The notes below the pieces were generated by a model that was not told where the DNA came from, did not search any database, and was given only the letters and a program-made list of their open reading frames with translations. Below are positions 45,929-54,183 of a stretch of DNA of 54,183 nucleotides, piece after piece; the stretch's first letter is position 1; each line of letters begins with the position of its first letter. The DNA is taken from assembly GCA_947166925.1 (NCBI GenBank), contig CAMVGD010000006.1:1-54183 (forward strand). The letters run 5' to 3'. A program made the translations under genes and the position numbers. The DNA is from an uncultured Clostridia bacterium (lineage in GTDB: Bacteria > Bacillota > Clostridia > Christensenellales > CAG-138).

Positions 45929-47680
45929 TTATTTCTCCTTTCGGGTGATCGCGCCCATCGGGCAGACCTGTGCGCAGACCGTGCAGCCGACGCAGGTCGT
46001 GACGTCGATCTTCGCTTTCTTGTTCTCGACCATGACCGAGGGGCAGCCCACGGAAAGGCACTTCTTGCAGCCGATGCACTTATCCGTATCGACCTCGCAC
46101 TTGCCGATGTCGTGCTTGATGCGCTTGATTAAGAGGCACGGACGGCGCGTGATGATCGCTGCGGGGACCTCGGAATTCGCGGCTTCGGTGACCGCCGCTT
46201 CCATCGCCTTGAGGTCCTGCGGATCGACGATGATGATGTTCTTATAGCCGTAGGAGGCGAGGATGTCCTCGATCTTCAGCTTCTCGGCGATCTCGCCCTC
46301 GAGCGTGAAGCCGCTGCCCGGATTGTCCTGATGCCCGGTCATGCCGGTGATGGAGTTGTCGAGCACCACGGGGATGACGGCGCCCTTGTTGTAGATGATC
46401 TCCGCAGCGCCGGTCATGCCGGAGTGGAAGAACGTGGAATCGCCGACGACGCCGAAGACCTTCTTATCGGTCTGACCGGACGCCTCGAACGCCTTTGCCA
46501 TGCCCATCGCGACCGTGAAGCCGCCGCCCATGCAGACGACCGAATCCAAAGCGTTCAGAGGCGGCGCAAAGCCGAGCGTGTAGCAGCCGATGTCGCCTGC
46601 CACGACGTAGTTCTTGTGGCGGCCGACGGTGTAGAAGAAGCCGCGGTGCGGACAGCCCGGGCAGAGTGCCGGCGGACGGGAAACGGGCTTGACGCCGACG
46701 TCGACCATTTCGGGCTTGATCCCGAACAGGCGCTCCTTCAGGATCTGCGGGTTGAGCTCATAGAGGTTGCCGATCAGCTCCTTGCCGATGCATTCGATGC
46801 CCGCCGCTTTGATCTGCTCCTCCATGAACGGATCGAGCTCCTCGACGACGTAAAGCTTTTTGACCTTCTTCGCGAACGCGCGGATCAGGTCCATCGGCAG
46901 CGGATTCGTGAGACCGAGCTTTAAGAACGAAGTTCCCTCCGGGAACGCATCCTTTGCGTACTCATACGCGATCGAAGCGGTGACGACGCCGATCTCCGAG
47001 CCGTTGATCTCCTCGCGGTTCAGCTTGCTGGTGTTTGCGTATGCCTCGAGCGCTTTCAGGTTCTGCTCGACCTTCGCATGGTTTTTGTATGCGTTTGCCG
47101 GGCTCGAAACGTACTTCATGTTGCGCTTGTACGCGGGGACCTCGCGCTCTGTGCGCTCGCCGAAGCGAACGAGGCTCTTACTGTGCGCGACGCGGGTGGT
47201 GATGCGGTAAATGACCGGCATGTCGAACTTCTCGGAGATCTCGTACGCCTCCTTCAGGAAGTCGAGGCATTCCTGCGAGTCGGAGGGCTCCACCATCGCG
47301 ACCTTTGCCGCGCGGGCGTAGTGCCGGTTGTCCTGCTCATTCTGCGAAGAATGCATGGAAGGGTCGTCTGCCGAGACGATGACGAAGCCGCCGCAGACGC
47401 CGTTGTACGCCGCTGTAAAAAGCGGGTCCGCCGCGACGTTCACGCCGACGTGCTTCATTGCAGAGAGGGAGCGAACGCCCGCGATCGACGCGCCGTACGC
47501 GACCTCGACCGCGACCTTCTCGTTGGGCGCCCACTCGCAGTACAAAGCGTCTTTATACTGCGGGAGGTTTTCAAAGATTTCCGTGCTGGGCGTGCCCGGA
47601 TACGCCGAGCAGACCTTGACGCCCGCTTCGAACGCGCCGCGCGCGATCGCTTCGTTGCCGGAAAGCAATACAGGATCCAT
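45929..47680 (-). CDS. iorA: Indolepyruvate:ferredoxin oxidoreductase alpha subunit
   Basis: YPGTPSTE, MKHVGVNVAADP, RPPALCPGCPHR, GDSTFFHSG, C-terminal 2x[4Fe-4S]. Confidence 0.93.
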   Translation of the reverse strand: MDPVLLSGNEAIARGAFEAGVKVCSAYPGTPSTEIFENLPQYKDALYCEWAPNEKVAVEVAYGASIAGVRSLSAMKHVGVNVAADPLFTAAYNGVCGGFVIVSADDPSMHSSQNEQDNRHYARAAKVAMVEPSDSQECLDFLKEAYEISEKFDMPVIYRITTRVAHSKSLVRFGERTEREVPAYKRNMKYVSSPANAYKNHAKVEQNLKALEAYANTSKLNREEINGSEIGVVTASIAYEYAKDAFPEGTSFLKLGLTNPLPMDLIRAFAKKVKKLYVVEELDPFMEEQIKAAGIECIGKELIGNLYELNPQILKERLFGIKPEMVDVGVKPVSRPPALCPGCPHRGFFYTVGRHKNYVVAGDIGCYTLGFAPPLNALDSVVCMGGGFTVAMGMAKAFEASGQTDKKVFGVVGDSTFFHSGMTGAAEIIYNKGAVIPVVLDNSITGMTGHQDNPGSGFTLEGEIAEKLKIEDILASYGYKNIIIVDPQDLKAMEAAVTEAANSEVPAAIITRRPCLLIKRIKHDIGKCEVDTDKCIGCKKCLSVGCPSVMVENKKAKIDVTTCVGCTVCAQVCPMGAITRKEK

Positions 47681-47739
47681 GTTTCATTCCGCCTTTCTTA
47701 CATTTTCCGTTTCAAACGGTTGGTTATATGATATATGAA

Positions 47740-47760
47740 AAGGACAGCCGAAGCTGTCCT
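47740..47760 (-). terminator. Terminator after MFS gene
   Basis: AGGACAGC-cgaa-GCTGTCCT with a T-run on the minus strand. Confidence 0.6.
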
Positions 47761-47766
47761 CATTCA

Positions 47767-49638
47767 TCAGTCGTCGACGTCCAGCGCCTCAAGACCCTTC
47801 TTTGCGATCGGCTTTGCGTCGCCGTGCTTTACGAACAACATCGTAAAGAATGCGAGCCCTGCCGCGATCGTCGCGTACGGGAACAGTGAGGTAAAGCCGA
47901 GCCGGTCCATAAACATGCCGGACAGGAACGGCGTGATCGCCTGCGCCGCCATGCTTGCCGCGTAATAATAGCCGGTATACTTGCCGACGTTGCCGCCGCG
48001 GGAAAGCTCCACGACCATCGGGAAGGAGTTGACGTTGATCGTCGCCCAGCCGATGCCCGCAAGCGCGAACATGACGTTCATCAGCATGGTCGGGGTGGTC
48101 GCGCGCATGAAGGACGCGCCGAGGAACGTGCCCGTGAGGATCACGACGCCGATCAGGATCGCCTTTTTGCGGCCGATCTTCGACGAGAGCAAGCCGATCG
48201 GCAGATACGAGATGATCGCCGCCGCCTGCGCGATGATCAGCGTGAGGTTGTAGTCCTTGTCGAGCACGCGGCCCGCGTAGATCGAGTACTTCGAGGTGAC
48301 CGCGTTATAGCCCATGTACCAGAGCACGACCGACGCAAGGATCAGCAGCAGGGAGATCTTTTCGCCCTTCGAAAGCTTCTTGTCGCCGGAAGCCGCCGCC
48401 TCGTCGTCGACGTCGTCGATGCCGAGCTCACGGCTTTTTTGCTCCATCTCGCCCGCCCATTCGGGCTCCTTGACCGTCACCATAAAGATGACGAGCGCGA
48501 TCAGCATGATCACGATGATCGCGCCGAAGAAGCCGATGTAGCTCATAAACGTGTTCTTGATCGCGCCTGTGTTGAACAGGATCCCGAGCCCGAGCACCAG
48601 CGCGCACACGCCGCCTGCGCTGCCCATCAGGTTGATGATCGCGTTCGCCTTGCTTCTGAGCGGCTTGATCGTGACGTCCGGCATCAGCGCGACCGCGGGG
48701 CTTCTGAAGATCGACATGCCGATCAGCACGACGAGCAGCACCGCGATGAACGTGATCAGCACGCCCGGATTGGCGATCGTGATGTTCCATACGTACGCCT
48801 GGCGCGCCGGCACGACGTAGTCGATGTAATCGGGGTTGGTCTTGAACTTGATGTTGCCGAATTCATCCTGCACGTTGATCTGCGCAAGCTCCGCAAGGAA
48901 CGCGTCCTCGGTCGGATACTTATCCGCAAGCTTGAAGCTTACGCCGTCCGGCGTCTGCGGGTCTCTGCCGCCCTTCAGGATGTTGTTGACGAACCAGTTT
49001 TCGGACTTGCCCTCGCCCTGGTGCGCGTAGATCTCGCGGTATGCCTCCGCCGCCTTCGGGTTCGCCGCAAGGCGCGCCGGCACGACGTAGGTCTGATATT
49101 CTTCGTTGTCGAGGTAGATGCGTTCGCCGTTCTCGTAATGCTTGACGCGGCCCTCGTCGTCCGTTTCGACGATCTTTGCGGGGATCTTCGCAAACGCTTC
49201 CTTATCCGGATACTTCTCCTTCAGCGTGTAGACCTCGCCGTCCGCGGTGTGAAGCTTCGTATCGCCGACCGTGTCGTAGACTTCCTCGAGCGACATCGTA
49301 TTGATCTCGGTGACGTTACGGATGTTCTTGTCGAGCTGCATGTAGTCGACCGCAGCGAGCGCAAAGAACGCGACGACCGCGAGCAGCGTGCCGATGAGCA
49401 CGTACGGCTTGCGGCGTCCCATCTTGCTTTTGCACTTATCGGACAGCCCGCCGAACAGCGGCAGCAGGAACAGCGCAAGGATGTTGTCCAGCGCCATGAT
49501 GATGCCGGACAGCGTCTGCGTCATGCCGAATTTGTCGGTCAGAATCTTCGGAATGATCGTGTCATATGCCTGCCAGAAGGTACAAATGAGGAAAAATGCG
49601 AATCCGACGAGGATCGTGCGCTTGTAGTTGAGTTTCAT
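47767..49638 (-). CDS. MFS transporter (MalT/GPH-like) with large duplicated loop insert
   Basis: GGLSDKCKSKMGRRKPY, RSPAVALMPD, GWATINVNSFPMV; soluble insert of roughly 180 aa. Confidence 0.88.
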   Translation of the reverse strand: MKLNYKRTILVGFAFFLICTFWQAYDTIIPKILTDKFGMTQTLSGIIMALDNILALFLLPLFGGLSDKCKSKMGRRKPYVLIGTLLAVVAFFALAAVDYMQLDKNIRNVTEINTMSLEEVYDTVGDTKLHTADGEVYTLKEKYPDKEAFAKIPAKIVETDDEGRVKHYENGERIYLDNEEYQTYVVPARLAANPKAAEAYREIYAHQGEGKSENWFVNNILKGGRDPQTPDGVSFKLADKYPTEDAFLAELAQINVQDEFGNIKFKTNPDYIDYVVPARQAYVWNITIANPGVLITFIAVLLVVLIGMSIFRSPAVALMPDVTIKPLRSKANAIINLMGSAGGVCALVLGLGILFNTGAIKNTFMSYIGFFGAIIVIMLIALVIFMVTVKEPEWAGEMEQKSRELGIDDVDDEAAASGDKKLSKGEKISLLLILASVVLWYMGYNAVTSKYSIYAGRVLDKDYNLTLIIAQAAAIISYLPIGLLSSKIGRKKAILIGVVILTGTFLGASFMRATTPTMLMNVMFALAGIGWATINVNSFPMVVELSRGGNVGKYTGYYYAASMAAQAITPFLSGMFMDRLGFTSLFPYATIAAGLAFFTMLFVKHGDAKPIAKKGLEALDVDD

Positions 49639-49746
49639 ATTTGCCCCCGATCGACCGAAAGTCATATTTTTACCTTTTCATTATAACGGAAATGCGTTAT
49701 AATCTCAATAGGCTATAATCTTATATTATCAAAGGAGCATGAGAAA

Positions 49747-50583
49747 ATGGGTTGGTTGATTGCCGGGATCGTGATAGTTGTTCTGTTTGTCGCTTATCTG
49801 TTTCTGATCCTGCCTGCGCGCATAGACAAAGCAAAATTCGCGCCGTTTCAGGGATTGATGGCGGCGCATCGCGGCTTGTATGAAAAGGATCAGAGCGTGC
49901 CGGAAAACTCGCTCGAGGCGTTCCGACGGGCCGCAGATTACGGCTGCGGCGTGGAGCTCGACGTGCAGCTGAGTAAAGACGGCGCGGTGGTCGTTTTTCA
50001 CGACGACACCGTCGACCGCATGACGACCGAAAAAGGACGTGTGGACAGCTTCACGCTCGAGGAGCTGCAGGCAATGCCCTTAAAGGGCACGGCGCATCGC
50101 ATGCCGCTGTTTACCGACGTGATGGCAGTGCTCGACGGCAAGTCCCCGACGATCGTGGAGCTGAAATCCACGCCGAATTATAAGGAGCTCTGCGAAAAGA
50201 CGCTTGCGATCCTCAGAACGCTCAAGGGACCGTACTGCGTCGAAAGCTTCGACCCGCGCATCGTACGCTGGTTCTACAAAAACGCGCCGGACCTCGTCCG
50301 CGGACAGCTGACCGAGGCGTATTCCTACTGGCGCAGGGAGGGACATCTGCCCGTCTGGCGCTGTCTTCTGATGCACACGCTGTTCATCAACTTTTTGACG
50401 CATCCGCAGTTCATCGCGTTCGGCAGAGGACGCCGTCCGCTTTGCATGCTGCTCGGAAGAAAACTCGGCACAAAGACCGTCTTCTGGACCGAGCGCCCGG
50501 ATTCCGATCACGAAACGCTTCAAAAGCGCTACGACTGCCGCATCTTCGAGCACTACCGTCCGGAAACGCACTACAAGGCGTAA
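49747..50583 (+). CDS. Glycerophosphodiester phosphodiesterase family protein
   Basis: AHRGL, PENSLEAF, ELDVQLSKDG..VVFHD, VELK, ESFDP. Confidence 0.92.
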   Translation: MGWLIAGIVIVVLFVAYLFLILPARIDKAKFAPFQGLMAAHRGLYEKDQSVPENSLEAFRRAADYGCGVELDVQLSKDGAVVVFHDDTVDRMTTEKGRVDSFTLEELQAMPLKGTAHRMPLFTDVMAVLDGKSPTIVELKSTPNYKELCEKTLAILRTLKGPYCVESFDPRIVRWFYKNAPDLVRGQLTEAYSYWRREGHLPVWRCLLMHTLFINFLTHPQFIAFGRGRRPLCMLLGRKLGTKTVFWTERPDSDHETLQKRYDCRIFEHYRPETHYKA

Positions 50584-50666
50584 TCCTATCATGCGCGCAA
50601 GCGCAATTTGCAGCGAAAGGAGACCTCGTCCGTTTACCTTCGGATTTCGGATTTGATCTCTTGAAA

Positions 50667-50696
50667 TAAAAATCCCTGCGGGCGCAGGGATTTTTA
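50667..50696. terminator. Bidirectional terminator
   Basis: TAAAAATCCCTGC...GCAGGGATTTTTA between convergent genes. Confidence 0.8.
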
Positions 50697-50716
50697 TCGT
50701 TTCGGCGTTTGCATTT

Positions 50717-52027
50717 TTATACCACCAGATCGCCTTCGTCGCTGTTTAAGACCTCGAAGATCTCCTCCTCCGCGCCGGAGGAAGCGTTGACATAGACGAT
50801 GAAGAACGTCTCGCCGCAGGTGCATTTGAACTCGTAGCAGAGGACCTCGCGCGTGTTCGATTTCGGGATCAGCGCAAGCGCGGTGTGTTCCGGCGTCAGC
50901 GAATCGGAGAGGCTGCTCTTTGCGTCGTCCTCGGTCAGGATCGGCTGCGAGAGGTCGCGTTCTCGGTGATGAAAACGGTAATTGATCGCGTCAAGCCCGA
51001 TCACCTGCTGCGTTTCGCGGTCGACGTAAACCTTGACGAGATCGGCGTACAGGATCACGCCGTTCTGCACCGCGGCGTAGTTCAGCACGACCGTGCCGGC
51101 GTAGTACTGCGCGTAGGACGGTTCCATTTTGCCGAAGCCGTGCTCCGTAAGATACGCGCTTGCGGCGGCGTGCAGGCGTTCGCTTTCTTCGTCGCTCGGC
51201 GGATCGTTTTTCGTGCCGGAGGGCGTGCCCATGAAGTAGAGCAAAAGCCCGCCGCGCTCGGTGATCGAAACGCACAGCTCGCCCTTTTCATCGTCCGCGG
51301 AAAAGTCATAGGTGACGATCGCGCTTTCGGTGCGTCCGTCAAGGATGAGCGTCCGGTCCGGAAACAGCTCGTGCGCGATGCGCGTCGCTTCGGCTTCGCC
51401 GACGGTCCCGTCCGGCAGTCCCAAAGGCTCCGCCTGCTCGCTGCTTTCGGAAAACGGACCGTCGTAAAGAAGCGACGGATAGTTCGTGATGTTCTCCTCG
51501 TCGGCTTCGCCGCCGTAAAAGCCGTCCTCCGGCGCTTTGGGAAATTCGCCGTTCATGCAGCCGCCGTCGTACCGTTCGGCAAGTCCCGAGCAGCAGGTTC
51601 TGAGATCGCCCAGCGAGCCGATCTGTTCCTCGGTCAGCATCTGTCCGGACAGCACGCGATCCATCAGCGTCTCCGCGAAATCGCCGGTGCGCGTCAGAAA
51701 CTGCATCATGCCCTCGTCGTCCGCTTGCGCGACCGGCAGCAGGCTCAGCGCGCGGACCGCGCCGGCGGAAAGCCTTCTGACGTCCGCAAAGGTCTTCGAG
51801 AGCCTTGCAGGCGTGCTTGCCGCTTCGAGCTTTGAAAGCGCGACGTTCAGGTCGTTCAGGTCGTTACTGAGCGCGCGATAGGCGCTCTCGGTCTGCGCCT
51901 CGATCACGCGCTGCTGCTCCGCGATCGTCTTTCGCTGTTTGAAAAACAGAACGGTCATCACCGCGAGCCCGATGAGCAGGATCGCGGGAAGTCCGAACAG
52001 CCAGATTTTCTTTGAAACGCGTATCAT
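50717..52027 (-). CDS. ypeB: Germination protein YpeB
   Basis: PSLLYDGPFSE, YADLVKV, LCYEF, VYVNASSGAEE; ATGA overlap with sleB. Confidence 0.88.
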   Translation of the reverse strand: MIRVSKKIWLFGLPAILLIGLAVMTVLFFKQRKTIAEQQRVIEAQTESAYRALSNDLNDLNVALSKLEAASTPARLSKTFADVRRLSAGAVRALSLLPVAQADDEGMMQFLTRTGDFAETLMDRVLSGQMLTEEQIGSLGDLRTCCSGLAERYDGGCMNGEFPKAPEDGFYGGEADEENITNYPSLLYDGPFSESSEQAEPLGLPDGTVGEAEATRIAHELFPDRTLILDGRTESAIVTYDFSADDEKGELCVSITERGGLLLYFMGTPSGTKNDPPSDEESERLHAAASAYLTEHGFGKMEPSYAQYYAGTVVLNYAAVQNGVILYADLVKVYVDRETQQVIGLDAINYRFHHRERDLSQPILTEDDAKSSLSDSLTPEHTALALIPKSNTREVLCYEFKCTCGETFFIVYVNASSGAEEEIFEVLNSDEGDLVV

Positions 52028-52695
52028 TTGCAGAATACATGGTTGCCGATGCGCAGCACGATGGGACGGCTGCGGATCCAGCGGTTGCTTGTTTTGGCGG
52101 GGTTATAGTAGTAGAGACAGCCGCCCGTCGGGTCCCACCCGTTCATGGCGTCCTTCGCCGCCTTCAGCGCGGAATCGTTCGGCGTGAGGTTGATCTGCCC
52201 GTCGTCGACCGCAGAAAATGCGCCTCTTTGGTAGATCACGCCCGAGATCGAATTCGGAAACGCGCTGCTTTTGACGCGGTTCAAGACCACGGCGCCGACC
52301 GCGACCTGCCCCTTATACGGCTCGCCGCGCGATTCGCTGTAGATGCACTGCGCGAGCAGATACACGTCGCCGGACGCGGGCTTTGTCGCGGCGGAGACCG
52401 TGCTTTTGAGGTTCAGTCCCATCGCCGCCGCCGTCTTTTCGCCGACGACGCCGTCGACCGCGAGCCCGTTCTTCTCCTGAAACCAGCGGACGGCGCGCTC
52501 GGTCGCATAGCCGAATATGCCGTCGACCGCGCCGGAGTAGTATCCCCACTGCTTCAGCCGTTTCTGTACGGCGGCGACGTCGTCGCCCGAGGATCCGCGT
52601 CTGAGCGCCGCCTGCGCTCCCGTCAGCGGAAGCGCGGCGCAGACGATCAGAAGCGCCAGCAGGATCAGCTTGCCTGCCCGTAAAGCCTTGCGCAT
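52024..52695 (-). CDS. sleB: Spore cortex-lytic enzyme SleB
   Basis: PG-binding domain VQKRLKQWGYY..VDGIFG; ESRGEPYKGQVAVGAVVLNRV, WDPTGG. Confidence 0.93.
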   Translation of the reverse strand: MRKALRAGKLILLALLIVCAALPLTGAQAALRRGSSGDDVAAVQKRLKQWGYYSGAVDGIFGYATERAVRWFQEKNGLAVDGVVGEKTAAAMGLNLKSTVSAATKPASGDVYLLAQCIYSESRGEPYKGQVAVGAVVLNRVKSSAFPNSISGVIYQRGAFSAVDDGQINLTPNDSALKAAKDAMNGWDPTGGCLYYYNPAKTSNRWIRSRPIVLRIGNHVFCK

Positions 52696-52704
52696 ACGCC
52701 CTCC

Positions 52705-53241
52705 TTAAAACAGCGATTTGAACCAGTTCAGGATCCAGCTCTCGGTCTCGATCTCGTCAAGATCGACCGGCTCGCCGTTTTCACTGACGATGCACAGCGG
52801 CGGAAACAGCACGCACCACCAGTTGTGTCCCGCGGCGGGACCGAGCCGCACGCACAGCGCGTCGTACTCGCCCGCAGGGAACAATAGATCGCCGTAGGTC
52901 CGGTCCGGGAAGGTCTCGGCGCCGAGCGAAAGCTGCACGCCGTACCCGAATCCGTGATCCCGCAGGACCGCCTCGGCGGTCGATTGGATCTCTTTGCCGT
53001 GCGTGAGCAGAAACGCCCGCGCGTCCGAATAGCTTTCCGCGCTTTGAAACAGCGGGAGGATCGCGTCTCGCACCTGAAGCTTGACGTCCTGGTCCTCCTC
53101 CGAATCGCTTGCGGCGATCACGTGCAGGCGCAGCACATTTTCACCCGACGTCAGGACCGTCTTTGCGGGCGCTTTGCTTTGAAGAACGCCGAGCACGGCG
53201 AGCAGCGTCAGGATCAGTCCGGTCAAAAATCGTTTCAGCAT
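52705..53241 (-). CDS. spoIIR: Stage II sporulation protein R
   Basis: LRLHVIAASDSEEDQ.VKLQVRD, FPAGEYDAL, GHNWWCVLFPPLC; ATG 53241 after GAGGTG. Confidence 0.92.
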   Translation of the reverse strand: MLKRFLTGLILTLLAVLGVLQSKAPAKTVLTSGENVLRLHVIAASDSEEDQDVKLQVRDAILPLFQSAESYSDARAFLLTHGKEIQSTAEAVLRDHGFGYGVQLSLGAETFPDRTYGDLLFPAGEYDALCVRLGPAAGHNWWCVLFPPLCIVSENGEPVDLDEIETESWILNWFKSLF

Positions 53242-53261
53242 TGTTTTTTCACCTCGGAAGG

Positions 53262-53290
53262 AGTATTTCCAGCCGCATCGCGTTTCATAC
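53262..53290 (-). promoter_or_regulatory. SigF promoter of spoIIR
   Basis: Minus strand GTATG-N15-GGAAATACT, close to the SigF consensus GYWTA-N15-GGnnAnAnT. Confidence 0.7.
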
Positions 53291-53328
53291 TTATTGACTT
53301 TTCGGCGCAGATTCGATACCATGAATAT

Positions 53329-53892
53329 ATGATCTCCATGAAGGACGCGATCAAAGCCGCATTGTCGGACTTTGTCGAACAGCATACGGGCGTGCGGCCG
53401 GACCTGAAGCCCTCAAAAAAGGCGCATCTCGCTTCCGGTTCGTTTCTGCGCGCGGACGCGGTCGCCGCGGCTGCGGCGCTGTCCGGACGCGCCTCGGACT
53501 GTACCTTGTTCGGCGCGCCGCTTCTTTCGCGCGTGATCGCGGAAAACGGCTGGCTGCTGTTCTTTTTCACCGCGGACGTCATCGACGCGTACGCCCTGAC
53601 GCTTCCGCCCGCCGAAGAACCGGACGAATCGTTTTTTGCGCGCAGGCTCTGGATCGCCTACCGGCACGAAGACGCCGAAACGCCGGACGATCCCGCGCTT
53701 CTTCTCGGATTCTACGCGGTGCTGTTCGCGGCGCCGGACGCGGAGAAGCGCTTCCTTTCCGCGCCGCGGACGCATGACGGAAACGAACGCGTCGCCCTCG
53801 AAAGCCGCAGGCGGCGCATGGCAAAGATCTTATTATGGGAACGGAGGACCCTATTATGCAGTACACCTGGCTCGGACACTCGACCTTCCTGA
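53329..53892 (+). CDS. Hypothetical protein
   Basis: Host-like codon use from ATG 53329/53338; promoter TTGACT-N17-TACCAT ends 6 nt before the first ATG. Confidence 0.6.
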   Translation: MISMKDAIKAALSDFVEQHTGVRPDLKPSKKAHLASGSFLRADAVAAAAALSGRASDCTLFGAPLLSRVIAENGWLLFFFTADVIDAYALTLPPAEEPDESFFARRLWIAYRHEDAETPDDPALLLGFYAVLFAAPDAEKRFLSAPRTHDGNERVALESRRRRMAKILLWERRTLLCSTPGSDTRPS

Positions 53893-54183
53893 TCACGAAC
53901 GACGCGGGCGGAAAGCTCGTCACCGACCCCGCCGACGAACGGACGCTGTCCGCTCTGCCGCGTACCGCGGCGGATGTGATCACGGTTTCGCACCGGCATC
54001 ACGACCACTGCGCAGCGGAGCGCATCGAAGGCGCGCCGATCGTCAAGGAAAGCTGCGCGTCAGAAACGCTCGCGGGCTTTTCGATCCGCGGCTTCTCGAC
54101 CTTCCACGACGAGGAGCGCGGCGCAAAGCGCGGACCGAACACGATCTTTCTCATCGAAGCGGACGGGCAGCGCATCGTACACT
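53856..54183 (+). CDS. MBL-fold metallo-hydrolase (partial)
   Basis: GGAGG + ATG 53856; MQYTWLGHSTFLI...TDP...VSHRHHDH...FHDEERGAKRGPN; runs off the right edge. Confidence 0.88.
   Translation, partial: MQYTWLGHSTFLITNDAGGKLVTDPADERTLSALPRTAADVITVSHRHHDHCAAERIEGAPIVKESCASETLAGFSIRGFSTFHDEERGAKRGPNTIFLIEADGQRIVH

Overview
A Clostridia-like, spore-forming Firmicute chromosome segment with GC-rich host genes and two accessory regions. (1) Positions <1-21343 look like a genomic island ending at the 3' end of a tRNA-Leu(CAA). It carries an ECF sigma/anti-sigma pair, two repeated units of small secreted protein plus large lipoprotein, and a fused ABC permease. It also has a mobilisation/partition core (ParM, ParR-like, oriT-like palindromes, MobC, relaxase) and a spore-type cargo operon flanked by a diverged ~400-bp duplication. 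The standout is a ~1000-aa single-subunit double-psi-beta-barrel RNA polymerase (YonO / eukaryotic-RdRP-like, intact DYDGD motif). It is translationally coupled to an unknown 282-aa partner and transcribed divergently from ParM, with no phage structural genes and no recognisable Rep in view. The tRNA also shows a 180-bp integration scar at its 5' half and a probable serine-recombinase C-terminal tail at its 3' end. (2) Positions ~31831-36680 hold two ~388-bp repeats around an AT-rich lipoprotein gene, then a CHC2 zinc-finger plus AAA-helicase pair followed by an iteron-type origin, with no integrase. Host genes include an NRAMP/YcsG-like permease, apt, a PlsC-like acyltransferase plus acyl-CoA ligase, a MATE-HATPase fusion, a transglutaminase-like protein, ygeW/ygeY, iorAB-buk-ptb-aminotransferase, an MFS with a duplicated loop domain, GDPD, spoIIR-sleB-ypeB and a partial MBL hydrolase. 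No CRISPR array or rRNA was seen. All family calls come from motif recognition by eye; no database searches were run.
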